64,000 nucleotides of DNA from the human T2T-CHM13v2.0 reference genome, Homo sapiens (GCF_009914755.1 NC_060932.1), one strand, 5' to 3'; shown: positions 11,781 through 27,337, numbered from the stretch's first letter. Notes: generated by a model not told the origin, from the letters alone. Program-made: numbers and translations.

Positions 11781-13734
11781 GAGGTTTTAAAACATGAAGC
11801 ATATAACATGGCTAAGATGGGGTGTTCATACTATCTACCCACGAGCAGGATTACACATGCTCTTCTCCAGAAATAGGCCCCAGTCCATGGCAAGAAGTTC
11901 TCTTCCTGGCTCAAATTAAGCCCAAAGTCAATATGAACAGAGTGTGTTGACTCTGGGTGGACCATGGGAGGAAAGTGACTAGAGACGCAACTGAAGAAAT
12001 AATTACTGTACTGAGCCTCCTAGAACAGGCTAAGGACCCTGAGTTTTAAAACAAGGGCAATGGCAAAGATACGGCCACACCATCATGACAGTAGAGAGAG
12101 GGAACACTTAATATTACCCAGAGCTGGCAGGGAAGACAACCAGAAGAGCAACATTTGAGCTGATTCTTAAAAAAAAAAAAAAAAAAATAGAGATACACGA
12201 GAAATCCAAATTAGGATAGAATTCCAGAAGAAGGGAGTAGCATGTGCAAAAAAAAAAAAAAAAAGGAAGCAAAAATTAGCAAAGAGAAAGTACTAAGTGT
12301 ATGTCAGAGAGTAGGGAAAGTGAGGGTCTTAAGAGGCCTTCAGAAGTCCAACCTCAACAACTACAGACAACAAAAGACAAAACCCATGGTGACATACCTT
12401 TTCTTATTTTAATAGATAACAGACATTATTATTAAGAACATCTTAAGAGGTAGCTTCCAAACAGGGTCACTGCCTACAGTTATACAGGGGGCACACTGCC
12501 CAATTCCAAGGCAGCGGTTTGCATCAATATAATGTAAATGGCATCCCATGGAGCTGTGCAATATGCCAGCCCTACCCCCATTTCTTTCCTTTTTAAGTTT
12601 TTTCATTAAAGTTCTTTCTCTTCTGGACAAGAAAACCCTATGATAATAGAATCTTCAAACTGAAAGCATCTATAAAATGAACCCCAGATTCCTGGGGCTT
12701 CAGACTTTCGTTAACCAAATAAGATGAGGAATTATGGGTGTCTGATGTGCCAGGTACTATTCCAATACTTAAAATATATCATCCCGTATTTCTCACAGTA
12801 GAACCACGAAGTAGAGACATTACTGCATTTTCCTATGAGAAAATGGGACTGAGATGGTTAAGGTGGGATAGTATAGGTAGAAACTGTTAGAACAAACATA
12901 CTCAGTCTTAACTAATTTCTAGATCCATGCTTTGTCCGCTCCTTTGTTATTCCTTGAAGATGTTAGGGGAAATACATTAGTCCATTGCAATAATGTACAA
13001 CTCCTGTGGAAATAACTTACACGCCTATGATTAGAACACATAGGTTCAGACATCACAAGGCTTTGATATGCCTGAAATTCTATCAATTTACGGGGCAATG
13101 CTAGTTATCTCTTGGTGATTTGTGCCTCTGTTTGGCAGTAGTCTCTGCCTTAGATCCCTTGGAAAGAGAGAAACTAATTCCTTAAAATTTTGTTTATTTG
13201 CCATCCTATCAAAATATGACTACCTAGGGGAAGAATAATTAAGTGGATCATTAATGGTGTATTTACCACATCCTGACTGGAATCATAATTATTTGCTTAC
13301 CTGGATGTATACCACCCTCAGTTGTCCCGCAGTAAGCTCACCCAGCTTCTCTATGTTAATTTTCAACACCATCTAAGTCTTCTTGGGTAATTTAGTCCAC
13401 TACAGTAGCTTTACAGATCACACACATGATAGTTATGGCCAAACCTGTATCTCCTTCCTTAATATTTCGTTATAGCATCTAACACATATATCCAGCTGAC
13501 TCTAAGACTCCCACTCCTAAATGTCCTGCAGCTCCCTCTACCTTAAAATTTCCAAAACTATGTCAATTCTCTTCTCTTCTAATCTTGTTTTTCCTTTTGT
13601 GTATTATTTCTCAGTGAATCAGACCACCACCCAAATAACCCAAGAGTCTTCTTTGATTTTTTTCTCTGTCTCAACATCTCCAAACCCCTCTACCCCACCT
13701 AGCCACTTCCAGTCTTATCTTTTATGGTGAGAAC

Positions 13735-14218
13735 CAGCTTCATGTAACAGAAACTCTAAAAAAAATCAATGATTTAAATAACTTGGGTATATAAATATCT
13801 CTCTCATACTAGAAGATCAGAGGTGGGAAGTCTGAGCATGATATAATGGTCATCAGGGGTCCAAGCTTCTTCATTCTGCCTCACAATCTCGCTTGCAGCT
13901 TCTGCCTAATGTTGACTTACAGTTCAAGATGGCTTCTGGAGTGCTACCGTTACATCCATGTTGTAGGCTAGAAGGAAAAGGGCAATGGCCTGAAGAGGAA
14001 GGGAGAGTTCCTGTTAACTCAGCTTCCTTTAAACAGCCTTCCCAAAAGTTTCACGTTGTATTTTTGCTGATTCTCATTGGTCACAACTTGGTGCCATGGA
14101 AGACTAGTAAATATAGTCTTTTAGCTGGATGGCCTGCTATCTTATATAAAATGAGGTTAGGTTACTAAGACAGAAAGGGAGAGCAGATCTTGGGAGGCAG
14201 CTAGCTGTTTTTGCCATC
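13735..14218 (-). mobile_element. Ancient MaLR/ERVL LTR
   Basis: TCAAGATGGCT...ACATCCATGTT...GAAGGAAAAGGG...CTCATTGGTCACAACTTGG pattern of old LTRs read in reverse. Confidence 0.5.
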
Positions 14219-15257
14219 CCAAGTGTTGTGATTTCTACCTGCTTTCAATTTAACCTATTTGCCAGTTTCTCTGCATCCAACCATCATGGTTCTAGTTGAG
14301 GTCCAACCTCAGAGAAATAGCTACTTAAGTGATACTGGGATACTTTGTACAGAGCAAAGAAACCAGTCTTTATGCCACTTGGAATGGATTTTTCCAATTG
14401 TCCTGCCCCCACTGAAAAAAACTCTTCGTTCAGAAGAAATAATGACCAATGACGTAAGAAGGACTAATGTTTCCACCTGCCTCTCAATTTAATAGCAAGA
14501 GATTCCACATGTCAGACAGGAAAGAAGGCTAGGAAGGAAAATGAGCATTAAGATTAATAATTGATGTTAATACTGACAACAAAGACAAACAATGGTGATA
14601 AATGAAATGGCAGAACCAAGGAAATTGTTCTACTGTGATATCTTTCTTTCAAGCAGGTCAACTGTATAATTACCAAACTCAATTTCATCAGGAATTTCAT
14701 CAACATCAGAGCCCCTGGGCCACCAGTCTTCAATGTTTGCTACCAGTGTGTTACTGTCTGCTTGTCATTATCTAGAGACAAAAATGGAACATTACAATGG
14801 GCTTTATGACCCTTCTGTACCTCAGCATTTCCATCCTGCCCCCTTCACCTAGCTGTACCTCATTATCTATCCCAGTGCCTGGCCTGTGATATCCCTAGAA
14901 ATTATTATTGCACTAAACTAAATTAAACACAAAGACTTAGTTAGCGGATTCACAATTTTTAGTTGTACTACATAGTCAAACGAGTAGACGTTCAGGTCAC
15001 AAAATCTAGCCTGTCTCCCCATGAAACCACAATGCCATTGTCTGAACAGATTAAATAAAGCAGAGCATCACCTCAAACGATTTTCATGGTTCAAATCTAG
15101 GTAGCTATACTTACCAGCTGTGAGGCTTAGGCCAACCTATTAACCTTCTATTTCACTTTTCTGCTAAATGAGACAATATGGACTTGACTTCATTTTGTGA
15201 GAAATAAATAATCTAAGTAACTGGTCAAACACATTTTGTGCTTCTTAAAAAAAGGTG

Positions 15258-15258
<1 letters not shown>

Positions 15259-15288
<30 letters not shown>

Positions 15289-15289
15289 A
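15259..15289 (+). repeat. (CA)n microsatellite
   Basis: Direct reading. Confidence 0.95.
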
Positions 15290-16107
15290 CACCCGATATA
15301 ATACAATATTTTCAAATGACACTAGAAATATTTTAGTCAGGTCTAAAGGAACAGAAGTTAATGATAAAATGATAAACAATAAATAATAGCTACTGTTTCA
15401 TGAGAAAATTACACACATCTTACTTGACTTAAACCTCACAACAGAATTGAGCAGAAAGTTATTACCCTGAGAAAGGGGACTTAAGGTTGGCAGGATAACA
15501 AGTGGGAGAATCTAGAGGTAAAGTCATATCTATCTTATTGGAAACACTCAAGAACTTCAAATAAGCATGAGAATTTGAGCAAGACTGAAGGAGAACGTTT
15601 AAGTTCCCTTTCCAACTCATATCCCAATTCTGGAATCTAATTTCTGTAACAAGTAACTATATTCCTTACTACAGAAGTAAAGATGGCCCCATGGAGAAAC
15701 TGGCAGCATGGCATGATGGAAATGGAATAGAATCAGGAATTGTTTTGTACCTGTGTGTGTGTGACTTTGGTGTTCTGACTCAGACACATATTTGAGAGGT
15801 AGAGAGGGGAGAAGAGGGTTGCCACATTATGTAACAGAAAGGAGCCCACTGCTTAAACACTTACCTTGTGCCAGACATTGCACTAGGACTTTATTACCTG
15901 CAACCCATCCTGCAAAACTGTGAAGATTTGATATGATCATTCTCATTTTATGGTTGAGAAACAAGGGTTAAGGACATTAAAAATTTACTCAATGTTTAAA
16001 CATTTGCCTGTCTTATTCTAAAGCCCCTTCTCTTTTCACAATCCCTTTAAGAAATGGACATCCAATATTTGAGTGGCAGAGGCAAAAACATGGCCTACCA
16101 GAACCAT

Positions 16108-16658
16108 TATGATAGCTTTACAATATGCCCACCAATTATTTGATAGTCCTCCTGCCAAATGGTGAAGGCTAATTACCCTCCTACAGAATGTGACTCACTT
16201 CTAATGAATAAAATATGGCACAAGTAAAAGTGTGCGATTTCAGAGACTAGGTCATAAAGAACGCAGTGGCTTCTTCCCTGCTCTCTCTTTCTTAGGTCAT
16301 TCTCTCTGGGTGAATCCAGCTGACATGTTGTGAGGACACTCAAGCAGCTTTATGGAAAAGCCCACATGGTGAGCAACTGAGGCCTCCTACCAACAGCCAA
16401 CAAGAAACCGGGGCCTTTGCCAACAGCCAAGTAAGTGAGACATTTTGGAAAGTGGATCCTCCAGCCCCTGTTAGGCTCCCAGATGACAACATCCCCTGCT
16501 CTCATCTTGACCACAACCTCATGAAATACCCTTACCCAGGATACCCAGTTAAGCCACACCACAATTGCTATTTTACAAAACTGTGAGCTATGTGTTAGTT
16601 GTTTTTAAGCTATTAAGTTTTGAGGTGATCTATTACACAATGATAAACAACTAATACA
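16108..16658 (+). mobile_element. MLT1 (E/F/G-like) solo LTR about 0.6 kb upstream of POU5F1B
   Basis: TGTGACTCACTTCTAATGAATAAAATATGGC...GAGACTAGGTCATAAA...TTAAGTTTTGAGGTGATCTATTACACA...AACTAATACA. Confidence 0.7.
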
Positions 16659-17229
16659 CCCATCCAGTGCTGAAGAAAGGGGTTGTCAGGAGGGTAGAAT
16701 TTGCACTATTAAATCTTCATAGAGTGCTATTTCCCGTCACTACAGCACACTTGTCACCAACTATAAAGAATTAGGTCAGGGAATTTCTTTGGTTGCAGCC
16801 CATTTTGCCTTTGGTTGTTAATGGTAGAACCGTTTCCCCACAATCTGCAGGAAATAAGAATCAGAAAGAAGGACACACCATTTCATAGCACAGAACACAA
16901 GTAGATGGCTCCCATGAAGAATCTAGCATCATGGTATGGCAGAAGCAGAATGGACTCAGGAATCATGGTGCCTACACTGGAATTTCAGATCGGCCACTGA
17001 CACAATGGACACATTATTCAACATTTCCAAATCTTGGCATTCTTATCCACAAAGTGAAGATAATAATTGTCAATTCACAGGTGATTATGATTTAAAGAGA
17101 TTACTTTTGAAGAGTTCCTAACACATTCAGTCAACATTTAATGATGCTTCAGGCACTGTGTTCATTGCTAGTGAGCGTATGACACACACAGCCATACGGT
17201 CACAGAGCTTTCAATGAAAAGTAGCATAA

Positions 17230-18636
<1,407 letters not shown>

Positions 18637-18929
18637 GAAAAGTAACATAATTGAGTAATAATTTTTTAAGTGTGGTAAAATATGTGGCACATAGTAGGTA
18701 TTCAATAAATACTTGCTTTTTTCCTCCTTTTTACCTTTTCCTAGAGTGCTACTTGATGGTAGCTGTAGTTTTTCTTCAAGACATCCTATTTGTCCTGATA
18801 CAAAACCTCTTTTGACCGCTAACAGCATAGTCCGGCCCTCACCATTCCCTCACATATTCCACAAAAATGTGAGCATTAACCATTCCCCATGACACAGATA
18901 ATTTATTTTTTAATTTAATTTTTTAAAAT

Positions 18930-19111
18930 TTTATTTATTTACTTATTTATTTTGAGACCAGGTTATGAGACTGGCTAATTTTTGTATTTTTGGTAGAGAT
19001 GGGGTTTTGCCATATTGTCTAGGCTGGTCTCAAACTCCTGAGCTCAAGGGATCCTCCTGCCTGGGCCTCCCAAAGTACTGGGATTACAAGCATGAGCCAT
19101 TGCACCTGGCC
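18930..19111 (-). mobile_element. Short monomeric Alu (left arm + linker + 19-nt atypical end + A tail)
   Basis: Minus strand reads ...CTCTACCAAAAATACAAAAATTAGCC-AGTCTCATAACCTGGTCTC-AAAATAAAT. Confidence 0.8.
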
Positions 19112-19119
19112 CGGATAAT

Positions 19120-19416
19120 TTTTTTTCTTTTTTTGAGGTAGTGCCTTCCTTTATAGCTCAGGCTGGAGTGCAGTGGTGTGATCTCGGCTCACTGCAACCT
19201 CTGCCTCCCAGGTTCAAGTAATTCTCCTGCCTCAACCTCCTGAGTAGCTGGGATTACAGGTGCCCACTACCACGCCCGGCTAATTTTTGTATTTTTAGTA
19301 GAGATGGGGTTTCACCATGTTGGCCAGGCTGGTCTCGAACTCTTGACCTCAGGTGATCTGCCTGCCTTGGCCTCCCAAAGTATTGGGATTGTAGGCATGA
19401 ACCACCACGCCCGGCC
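19120..19416 (-). mobile_element. AluS
   Basis: Full dimeric Alu in reverse. Confidence 0.93.
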
Positions 19417-21594
19417 CTGAAAATTCATTTTTAAAAGAACATCATATCTACCTTAAATGCATTAAGATTTCACATTAGACTCATTATTCATAGTGAACAT
19501 TAGGAACTTAAGTCCACTCAGTAATAATGCACCTATTCATGACTCTTGATTCAAAGATGTGCACCTATTTACCCTGGACCAGCTCCTTGGAAGGACATGA
19601 AATAGAGGGTAATAATCACATCTTTCCAAATTTGCTATGAAACTGCATCTCCAAAAACTGAGACTCATTTTCCGATTGATGAATCAAATGACAACAAAAT
19701 CTCCAGGGCATTCTGAAACCCAACAGGGATTAATGATTAGGCATACCAGTGGTAGTTAGGAGACTTGCCCAAATTTCCAGTTTTCTGCAGATGGCATCTA
19801 AGTTAGAAGACTGTCATAAATTTATTCATGGCTTGGCTTTCTGCTATTTGCTCATTGGTGACACTTTTATATACAATGGTGTTTCTATGGCTAGGAAATC
19901 CCAGTGGAGATCAAGAAACCTGGGTTCTACAAACTAATGGGGTGACCTTTGATTAGTCCTAACTCCCTTCCTAAGCCTCAGTTTCTTTAGACATGAAATG
20001 AAAGCAATGGATTACATTGCCTTAGACTTTTTCCTAGATCGAAAATGATGTGATAATTGTGCCTTTCCAACAATAATTGATACCACTAGTGAACATTCTT
20101 TCTTAAGCACATCTATTAAGGACTTCATTTATATTATTTTTCTAATCTTTAAGCAAACTCTGAGATAAGTGACTATGATGTTTATTCCATAGGTGCAAAA
20201 GATTTGTCAAGTAACTCTCCAAAGTAAAAGAGAGGGCTGGAGTTTAGACTCATGACTGTTCTGCTCTAACCCAAGTGATTCTGGATCCCAGACTCCCCAA
20301 ATGACAAGTTATTCCAGAAATACTCAGAAAAAGGAGGGTGCCGTATGTCGCACATGGAAAAATAGAAAAAGTAACAGAATCCAGCCAAAGGATTCCCAGA
20401 AATTGAGGCTCTTCTGTTCTTGGCATTTGCATCTTTGGATGTGTGTTTTTTACATTGCTCTATGCAAAAGGTATGTTTCAATGTGATTTTTTTTTCTCCT
20501 CCCATCCTACCACTGAGGAATCACAGGGAATAGACTCGACACCTGTGAACTCAATTTACCCTAGAAAAATGTTTCAGTCACACTTAAAATAAAAAGGGCA
20601 TCAATTAGAATAAGAAGGACACTTTGTTGCCTAGGAGGACTGAACTTTTTTGGACCTGGGGCACCTTATCAGCTTCATTTTTAGCTCTAGTATAATCAAA
20701 AGGTCAGGATCTCCACTGGACCTTAGAAATTTTTTATTTTTCGATAAGATTTTCTGAATGCCTGCCATGTGTGAAGGGAAATGCCTGGACTTCTATGCAT
20801 ATGTATTTCATTGTCTCCCCACATCTACCCAGGAAGACAGGCACAGTGAGCCTTGCATGTTGTAGATAAGGAAGCTAAGTCTCAAAGACAGAGAAGGAAT
20901 TTCTCAAGGTCACACTGTAAGTAAAAGGCAAAGGAGGGATTAGAACCCTGGATCCTCTTTATTACACCAAGCCTGCCTCACAAGGATGCCAATCTCTCAT
21001 CACTTACTGGGAAAGACCCACTCCTCCCATTCATGATAAGGTAATGCTATCCAATAAAAACCCCAAAGCAGGCATAAAATATGAAGTAGCGAAACTCAGG
21101 CAGGCAGAAAGCAGAGTGGTTTAGACATGGCTGCTGTCTGCAGCAGGGAGAAGTTCCTGGCAACATGACCCTGAAAATAACAATGAGTGACTGAAGCTAA
21201 GAAGGAAGAATCTTCCAAGGACTCTGAAACTAGATATTTTCTCAAGCCCCACCTATGGACAAACACAAATCATGGAGAAATAAAGATGCCAGTCTCCAGG
21301 AAGCACCAGAGTTAAATTCATTCTGGAATTTAACTCCTGGCATTAACAGTTAGCTGGGAGATTAAAACAAACCAACACACAAACACAAAAAAATAATCAG
21401 TGGAAAAAAGTTAAAAAAAATCAATGGACAGTGGTTTCATAGCAGATGGCAAAGAGGAATATTAAAAGCTGTATTTTATTTGGAACTCATTTTCTTCTGA
21501 TTTCCTTATTAGGTGTTTTGTATATCGAGACCCATAATTCCAAGCAGCCTCCATAAGGTAGAGGCTAAGAATTGCAATTTGTAGGTTAAAAAAC

Positions 21595-22090
21595 TGTGCG
21601 TGCAATTCCTTGTTTGTCCCTTGTTTGTCATTTCTCTACCCTTCTGTACTTGGCACACACCCTAGGAAGATGACTTGTATAAACTACGTAAATGAGCTCC
21701 TTGCCTTCTGGCTCCTAGTTGGGTTTAGTCAATGAGACCTATTAGCAGGAAGATCGGAAGGTAGGAGAATCTGACTTTTTATTACTTTAAATTCCTTCCT
21801 GTCAGGCCTTAAATTGGCTGCAATCTTCCTTTGAAAGTTGCAGCTCCCTTCAGAAAGCTCTTTCTTGCAGCTCTAGCATCTCCCCAGACTTCAGTAAATG
21901 CTTCCTCCCTGTGCCCTGAGTCCTAGGCTTAGAGTGAAAATGGGTCTCTGCTGCCACTAACCCTGGGATGCTTCACCCTCCCTTGTGAGTTTCCCTTAGT
22001 TCTGCCCACATCTTTGTAAATAGTCTCTTCATGGAACTTTCCTCAATTGCCTCTTTTAAATGTTTGAGCTGGTTATGTTGGGAGGGGCCC
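21595..22090 (+). mobile_element. ERVL LTR33-like solo LTR
   Basis: CTCCTTGCCTTCTGGCTCCTAGTTGGGTTTAGTCAATG...TTTGTAAATAGTCTCTTCAT. Confidence 0.5.
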
Positions 22091-22157
22091 CACTATGGGA
22101 GGAACAATGACTAAGACACGGAAAGGTTAAGTAGCTTGTGCAAGGTCATACAAATAG

Positions 22158-22565
22158 CGCATTAGTTAAAGCAATGCTTGTTTCTATAACAAATAAACCC
22201 CCATATCTCAGTGATTTTAAGTAAAGATACATTAATTTTTTACTTACGTCAGTCCAAAATAGGGTTCCTGAGGAGCAAGTGGCTCTTCTTCAAGTGGTGA
22301 TCCAGAGAAGAAGCTCCTTGCATTTTCTGGCTCTGCCATATTCAACACACCTTTCAAGGTGACCATGTTCATCAGCACAAAGCTGGAGGAGGGAAAGAGT
22401 ATGGAGGCTTGAACATGGCAGGTTGTGTGTCACGCCCTCCACTCATGTTTCATTGGCTGAAGCTCAATTGCATGGCTGTCCAATTGCAAGACAGTCCCAG
22501 AGATGGTGAGCTCAGGAGGATTAAAAAAAGAGTTTGGGAAAGCTCTTGACAATTTCTACCTCAGA
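22158..22565 (-). mobile_element. Ancient MLT1 (K/L-like) LTR hosting a lncRNA exon
   Basis: ATAACAAATAAACCCCCATATCTCAGTG...CATTGGCTGAAGCTCAATTGCATGGC...TGCAAG pattern. Confidence 0.5.
22248..22382 (-). ncRNA. CASC8: Internal 135-nt exon of lncRNA CASC8 (window lies inside CASC8, antisense to POU5F1B)
   Basis: Minus-strand acceptor ACTCTTTCCCTCCTCCAG| and donor GAC|GTAAGT bound exactly 135 nt. Size and distance from rs6983267 agree with my recall of the CASC8 long isoform. Confidence 0.75.
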
Positions 22566-23579
22566 AGTGTGTTTGGAAACACAAACTCAAATCCAAAGCT
22601 TTTCACTCAAAACACAAGGCCTCCAGTTCATGGTGTATACAATTATTTAATGTGGGCATAAAGTAATAAGAATCATCCATGTGTGTTCCTGAGGGGAAGA
22701 GACAGAACCAGAGAAAATTTTATAATGTGATAGTGTCAGCCCATGATTCTACCATGGGAATATCTATTCTGAAAAAGTGTAAGATGGGAAACAGGGACTG
22801 CTGCTGCCTCCACCTATCACAGTAATCACTTACTTTACTTATATTACCGATAAAGTAATGTATAAGTAACTGCACATAAGTCTAGCATTTAAGGACATTG
22901 ATTTTTATATCACTTGTTATTTATATAAAAATAACCATATATATTTAATAGTAAATATCACTGTAAAAGGATTACGTGAACAATATGCATTCCATGATGA
23001 TTTACAGTCCCAGTTAGAAATTCCAAGGGTCATTTTGATTATATGCCCTGTTTTCTTTATCTGCTAAATTTAGAACCGACATCTCCACTGTATTCAAACT
23101 GTAGCTCTCTCTCTTTCCACTCACATCTCTGTGGATTTTTCTCTACTGCCTGTGAGTTTTATAGTGTTAGTACATACTCTGAGAACACAGACACAGTGGG
23201 ACTTTTTGCATTGCTATGTAAATCTGCAGATTCACTACTCAATAATTATTGACCTCTTGACTTTGCCTTTTTTCCACCTCATAAGCATTTCCAATGATCC
23301 AGAAATGTGAAGAAAGAACAAGCCCCAAGAAGGTAAATTTTCCCTGAGTAACCTGGGGAACTCACATAAAAATGGACTGACACAAATGTTATTTCAAGAT
23401 TTAAAAACAATATATTTGAATCCTACATCAAGAAGTAAAATATCATAAGCTCTCAGCCTGCTGATCGACTCTACAGCACTGTTTCTCATCATTATAATAT
23501 CCAAATATAAGAATGTGAAGGAAAGAGAATTTCAAGCACCATAAGATTATCATAGATATTACTCCATTGATCTAGTCAT

Positions 23580-24440
23580 TCACTGAATGTGAGACCATGT
23601 GTCCACAGCAGTGAAGAAACTTCTGTTCCTGCCATCAAGGATCTTACCGGGGGTAGACAGATAGTGCACACATCATCAATTTTTTTTATAAAAAGGTAAT
23701 TACTGCTGGCAATAAGTGGGGTAAAGGAAATCAAATTCAGGTGCTATTTTAGAAAGTGCTCTGAGATGAGCAAGTGGCATGCTATTTTAGAGAAGTGGTC
23801 AGAAAAGATTCCCCTAAGCCTCAGAGCCCTGACTGATGAGTGATCCAGGTAGAGAGTGGAGGAACAGTATTTCAACCTATGCAAAGGCCTTGAGATCAGG
23901 ATGGTTTCAGGAAATTCGAGAACACCATGAGTCCATGTGGCTGCAATGGCAACATTGAACATGAGGTAAAAGGTGGCCAGAGGGGTTTTCATGGCCTGTG
24001 GAGTTTGTAGGCCAGGATATCAAGAGTTTGAATTGTGTTTGAAGGGTAACATAAAGCTATGGAGGTAGGTGGGTGAACAGAAGAGAACCATCATCTGTTT
24101 TGTTTTGTTACAAGGATCGCCCTATTTGCTACATGCAGAATAGGCTCTTTGTGTGTGTGTGTAGTGGTGGGGAGGAGGAGAATTGACAAGAGTAGAAGCA
24201 GAGAGATAAATTGAGAGATCAGAAATGACTCGGACCACAAGGGTAGACTTGGAGGTGGTGAAAGTGGTCAGATTAAGGATGCACTTGAAAATGGAGTTGT
24301 CAGGACCTGCTGATGGCTATGGCATGGCTGTGAAGGAAAGTGAAGAATCAGGATGCCTCCCAGGTTTTCAACCTTGGCACTAGTGAAAGGATTGGCAACA
24401 GCTGAAATGGAAGCAACTGGGAAAGATGTTCTGCCCTAGT
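23580..24440 (-). mobile_element. L2 LINE fragment
   Basis: ATGCAAAGGCCTTGAG...CAGGACCTGCTGATGG...GAATCAGGATGCCTCCCAGGTTTT typical of L2 read in reverse. Confidence 0.65.
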
Positions 24441-27337
24441 GGTGGAAAACACGCCACTGGCTCAGCTGGATACTTCCAAAGGGCTGCTCTGGTAATACCT
24501 CTAGTCAACAGATATTTGATGAGTACTTCTGCCCTATCCTCAAGGAGTCCCAGGCTGCAAAGAAAAACTGATGTACAAACAAATGATCATGCTGAGAGAG
24601 AAAGCCCACAAGTTACTCTGGGAATAAAGAAAAGGACAATGAAGCCAAATGTGGACTCAGGAATGCTTTTTGGAGGAAATGACACCTAGCTAAGACTTGA
24701 AAGATGAATAAAAGCCAAAGATGTTGGGAGAAGCAGTCAGGCAGTGGAAACAGCATTAGCAAAAGCACAGAGAGCTGGAACAGCATGACAACAAACCACA
24801 CACGTCTCACCAGGGAAGTGGAGGGTGGAAGGGAGCACAGGGATGAAGTTAGAGACGTTTGCAGGTTCCAATCATAGATGGTTTTTATGCTGTTCCTCAG
24901 AGATAAGCATCTATCCTATAAGTCTAAAGAGGCAACCATTGAAGAGTTTAAGATAGGAGTGCCAGTGTCAGGAATTAGGATGACAAGCTCAGTTTCTAGG
25001 AGGTCCAGATAGTAACAAATAAGAACATGTCTTTGGCATTCATTGCTTCTACCACATATTTTGCCTTTGATCCCGGTTTTCTTGGGTGTGTTCTTCTATT
25101 GTACGTCCATAATCTCCTGGTCTAGAAGGTATAAAAGCTTATTTTTTAAGTTTAATTTTCTGCACTCTTCCAGTAAACGTCTAGCATGGAAGAAGAAATC
25201 TACAGAGTTCCCTGGTATATTGCCTGGCTAGGATTTAAGCAAGATATTCATGAACCATCTTGAAATATCAGAAATAAAGATTCACTCCCAAACCCACCAC
25301 CACTATCTGCATACCTGCTGCCATTTAGTATCAACTGATTTTTTAACTTAGAATCAATAGCAATCACTGAGAAATCTCAATAGCTATTTAACTATGAAAA
25401 GATAGACATCAAGTCAAGCACAAACTTCAAAACTCTCCAAAATACTAATAGCTAACATTGGCTGAGTGTTTACTTATATACCAGGCATTCATCTAAACAC
25501 ATTTCATGCATTAATTAAATGTTTTCAAAACAGCTCTAAGAGATATTTAATTTGACAAATGAAAAAAACTGAGGCTTAATTTCTTTATCCAGGGTCACAC
25601 AACCAGAAAGTAGAAAAGCCAAGATTGAACTTCAGGGATCTTGACCCTAATGCCTTTTCTGGGAAAACAGTCCATAGTTTTACTCAATAATTCTTAAATC
25701 CTTTTATTTAAGAAGTATTCTTAAATAAAACCTTCTCTTCCAGAATATTCTCCAAGTCCCACTAACCAAGTTCAATTCCTACCTCTCCCATGATCTTTCC
25801 TGCTTAATACGAGTCATTCCAATCTGATCTCCGATGGCATATGCATTCTATACCAGAAATGTCATTAATTCCACTGCACTTATTCCCATAAAAACAAGAA
25901 CTTGTCAACAAAATGAAGACAAGTTTGTTTTAAGTATTAATACTTTAAAAGAGTTAAAGGACTCTTTCTTTCTTTTTCACCCTACACATAGAATAAGTAC
26001 TCCTCCACCAAATGCAACTACCAAGTACCCAGCACACATACACTATACATACACCAAATACACACATATAAGCACACATGTGAGTTTGGCCAAAACACAT
26101 AATAAAAGAAGAAAATTGCAGCAACTTCTGAACCAAAGAAAATGAGAAAAAAAATACATGCCATACAACATTAATTGCAGCAAAGTCTGTAGGCTGCAGA
26201 CTACGTGGGCACAAACAAGATTCAACTTTGTGCATGTAGTTGAATCTTGGCCTTTTATTTGCTATTTGTGTGACACTGAACAGCTTCATCATGCCTCAGT
26301 TTCCTCATTTGCCAAATTTGCCATTTTTTTCTTGGGTGTTTATCCTGTAAGGCTCTTGAGCAACAGTCACACTCTCAAGAAGATTCATTATGCTCTCATA
26401 TTTTCATTTTGTGTCTTATAATGCATTGATTCATCTTTTGCTCAATTTGACTTCTAATATTCTACATGGTTTAGAGAATAAAGTATGTGGACCTGTCCAG
26501 AGCAGATGACCGTCTGCCTCTAAGCTTGAGGCTCTTAATTCCAGCTCCATTGCCCATTGGTTGTAGTCATAGAACAGGGAAAATTTAATTCAAAACTCTC
26601 AATCCACCCTGGAGAAGGAAATTAAAGCCTAGAAGAATAATATGCCTTGACCAAGGTCACAGAGTATGTTAACAATAAAGCCACAACCAGAAGTCAAAGC
26701 TTCCTGTACTCAGCCCAATTTCTACTAGTAAATATTTCCTGAATGCATATTAATGTTTCAGGGCCTGTGGATACAGAAATGAATAAAGCACAGTCCCCAC
26801 ACAAAAATATTGCCAATTGTATTGAACCCAACAGATGACCAATTGCAATGCTTCCTAACCTTGTTTGTGTCTGTGTCTGAGACACATGATACTTTCCTAA
26901 CATGGGCCCTTGGAGAGTTGATTCCCAGCCACTCAGTATTTACAAACTGGAAATTCACTAACCTGTAACCTGTACCAGTTCCCAGTAGAAACTTGCACAT
27001 TCAGAAATATTTTGAATAATCCTCACATGGAAGATGAGGATGCTTCTGAGGAGGAAAATGCCAAAAGTAAGATAAATCAGACCAATGACTTAAAGCTGCT
27101 GGAAAGACATATACATTTAGCAAGATGTCTGGAAGTGGGGGCTCTAAAGCTGATAGAATAGCTTGTGACGTCAAAGCATTAGATTGATGTCTCTCACCTT
27201 CTCTCAGTCTTTCCCTCATGGGCTCAGGTTGGCATTCCTATCTTTAGGAATCACGATTTCACATAACTGCATTTAAAGGCAAGAAACACAAGGCAATCAA
27301 GATGGAGAGAGTGGTGTAGCAGGAGGAGAGAGAGAAG

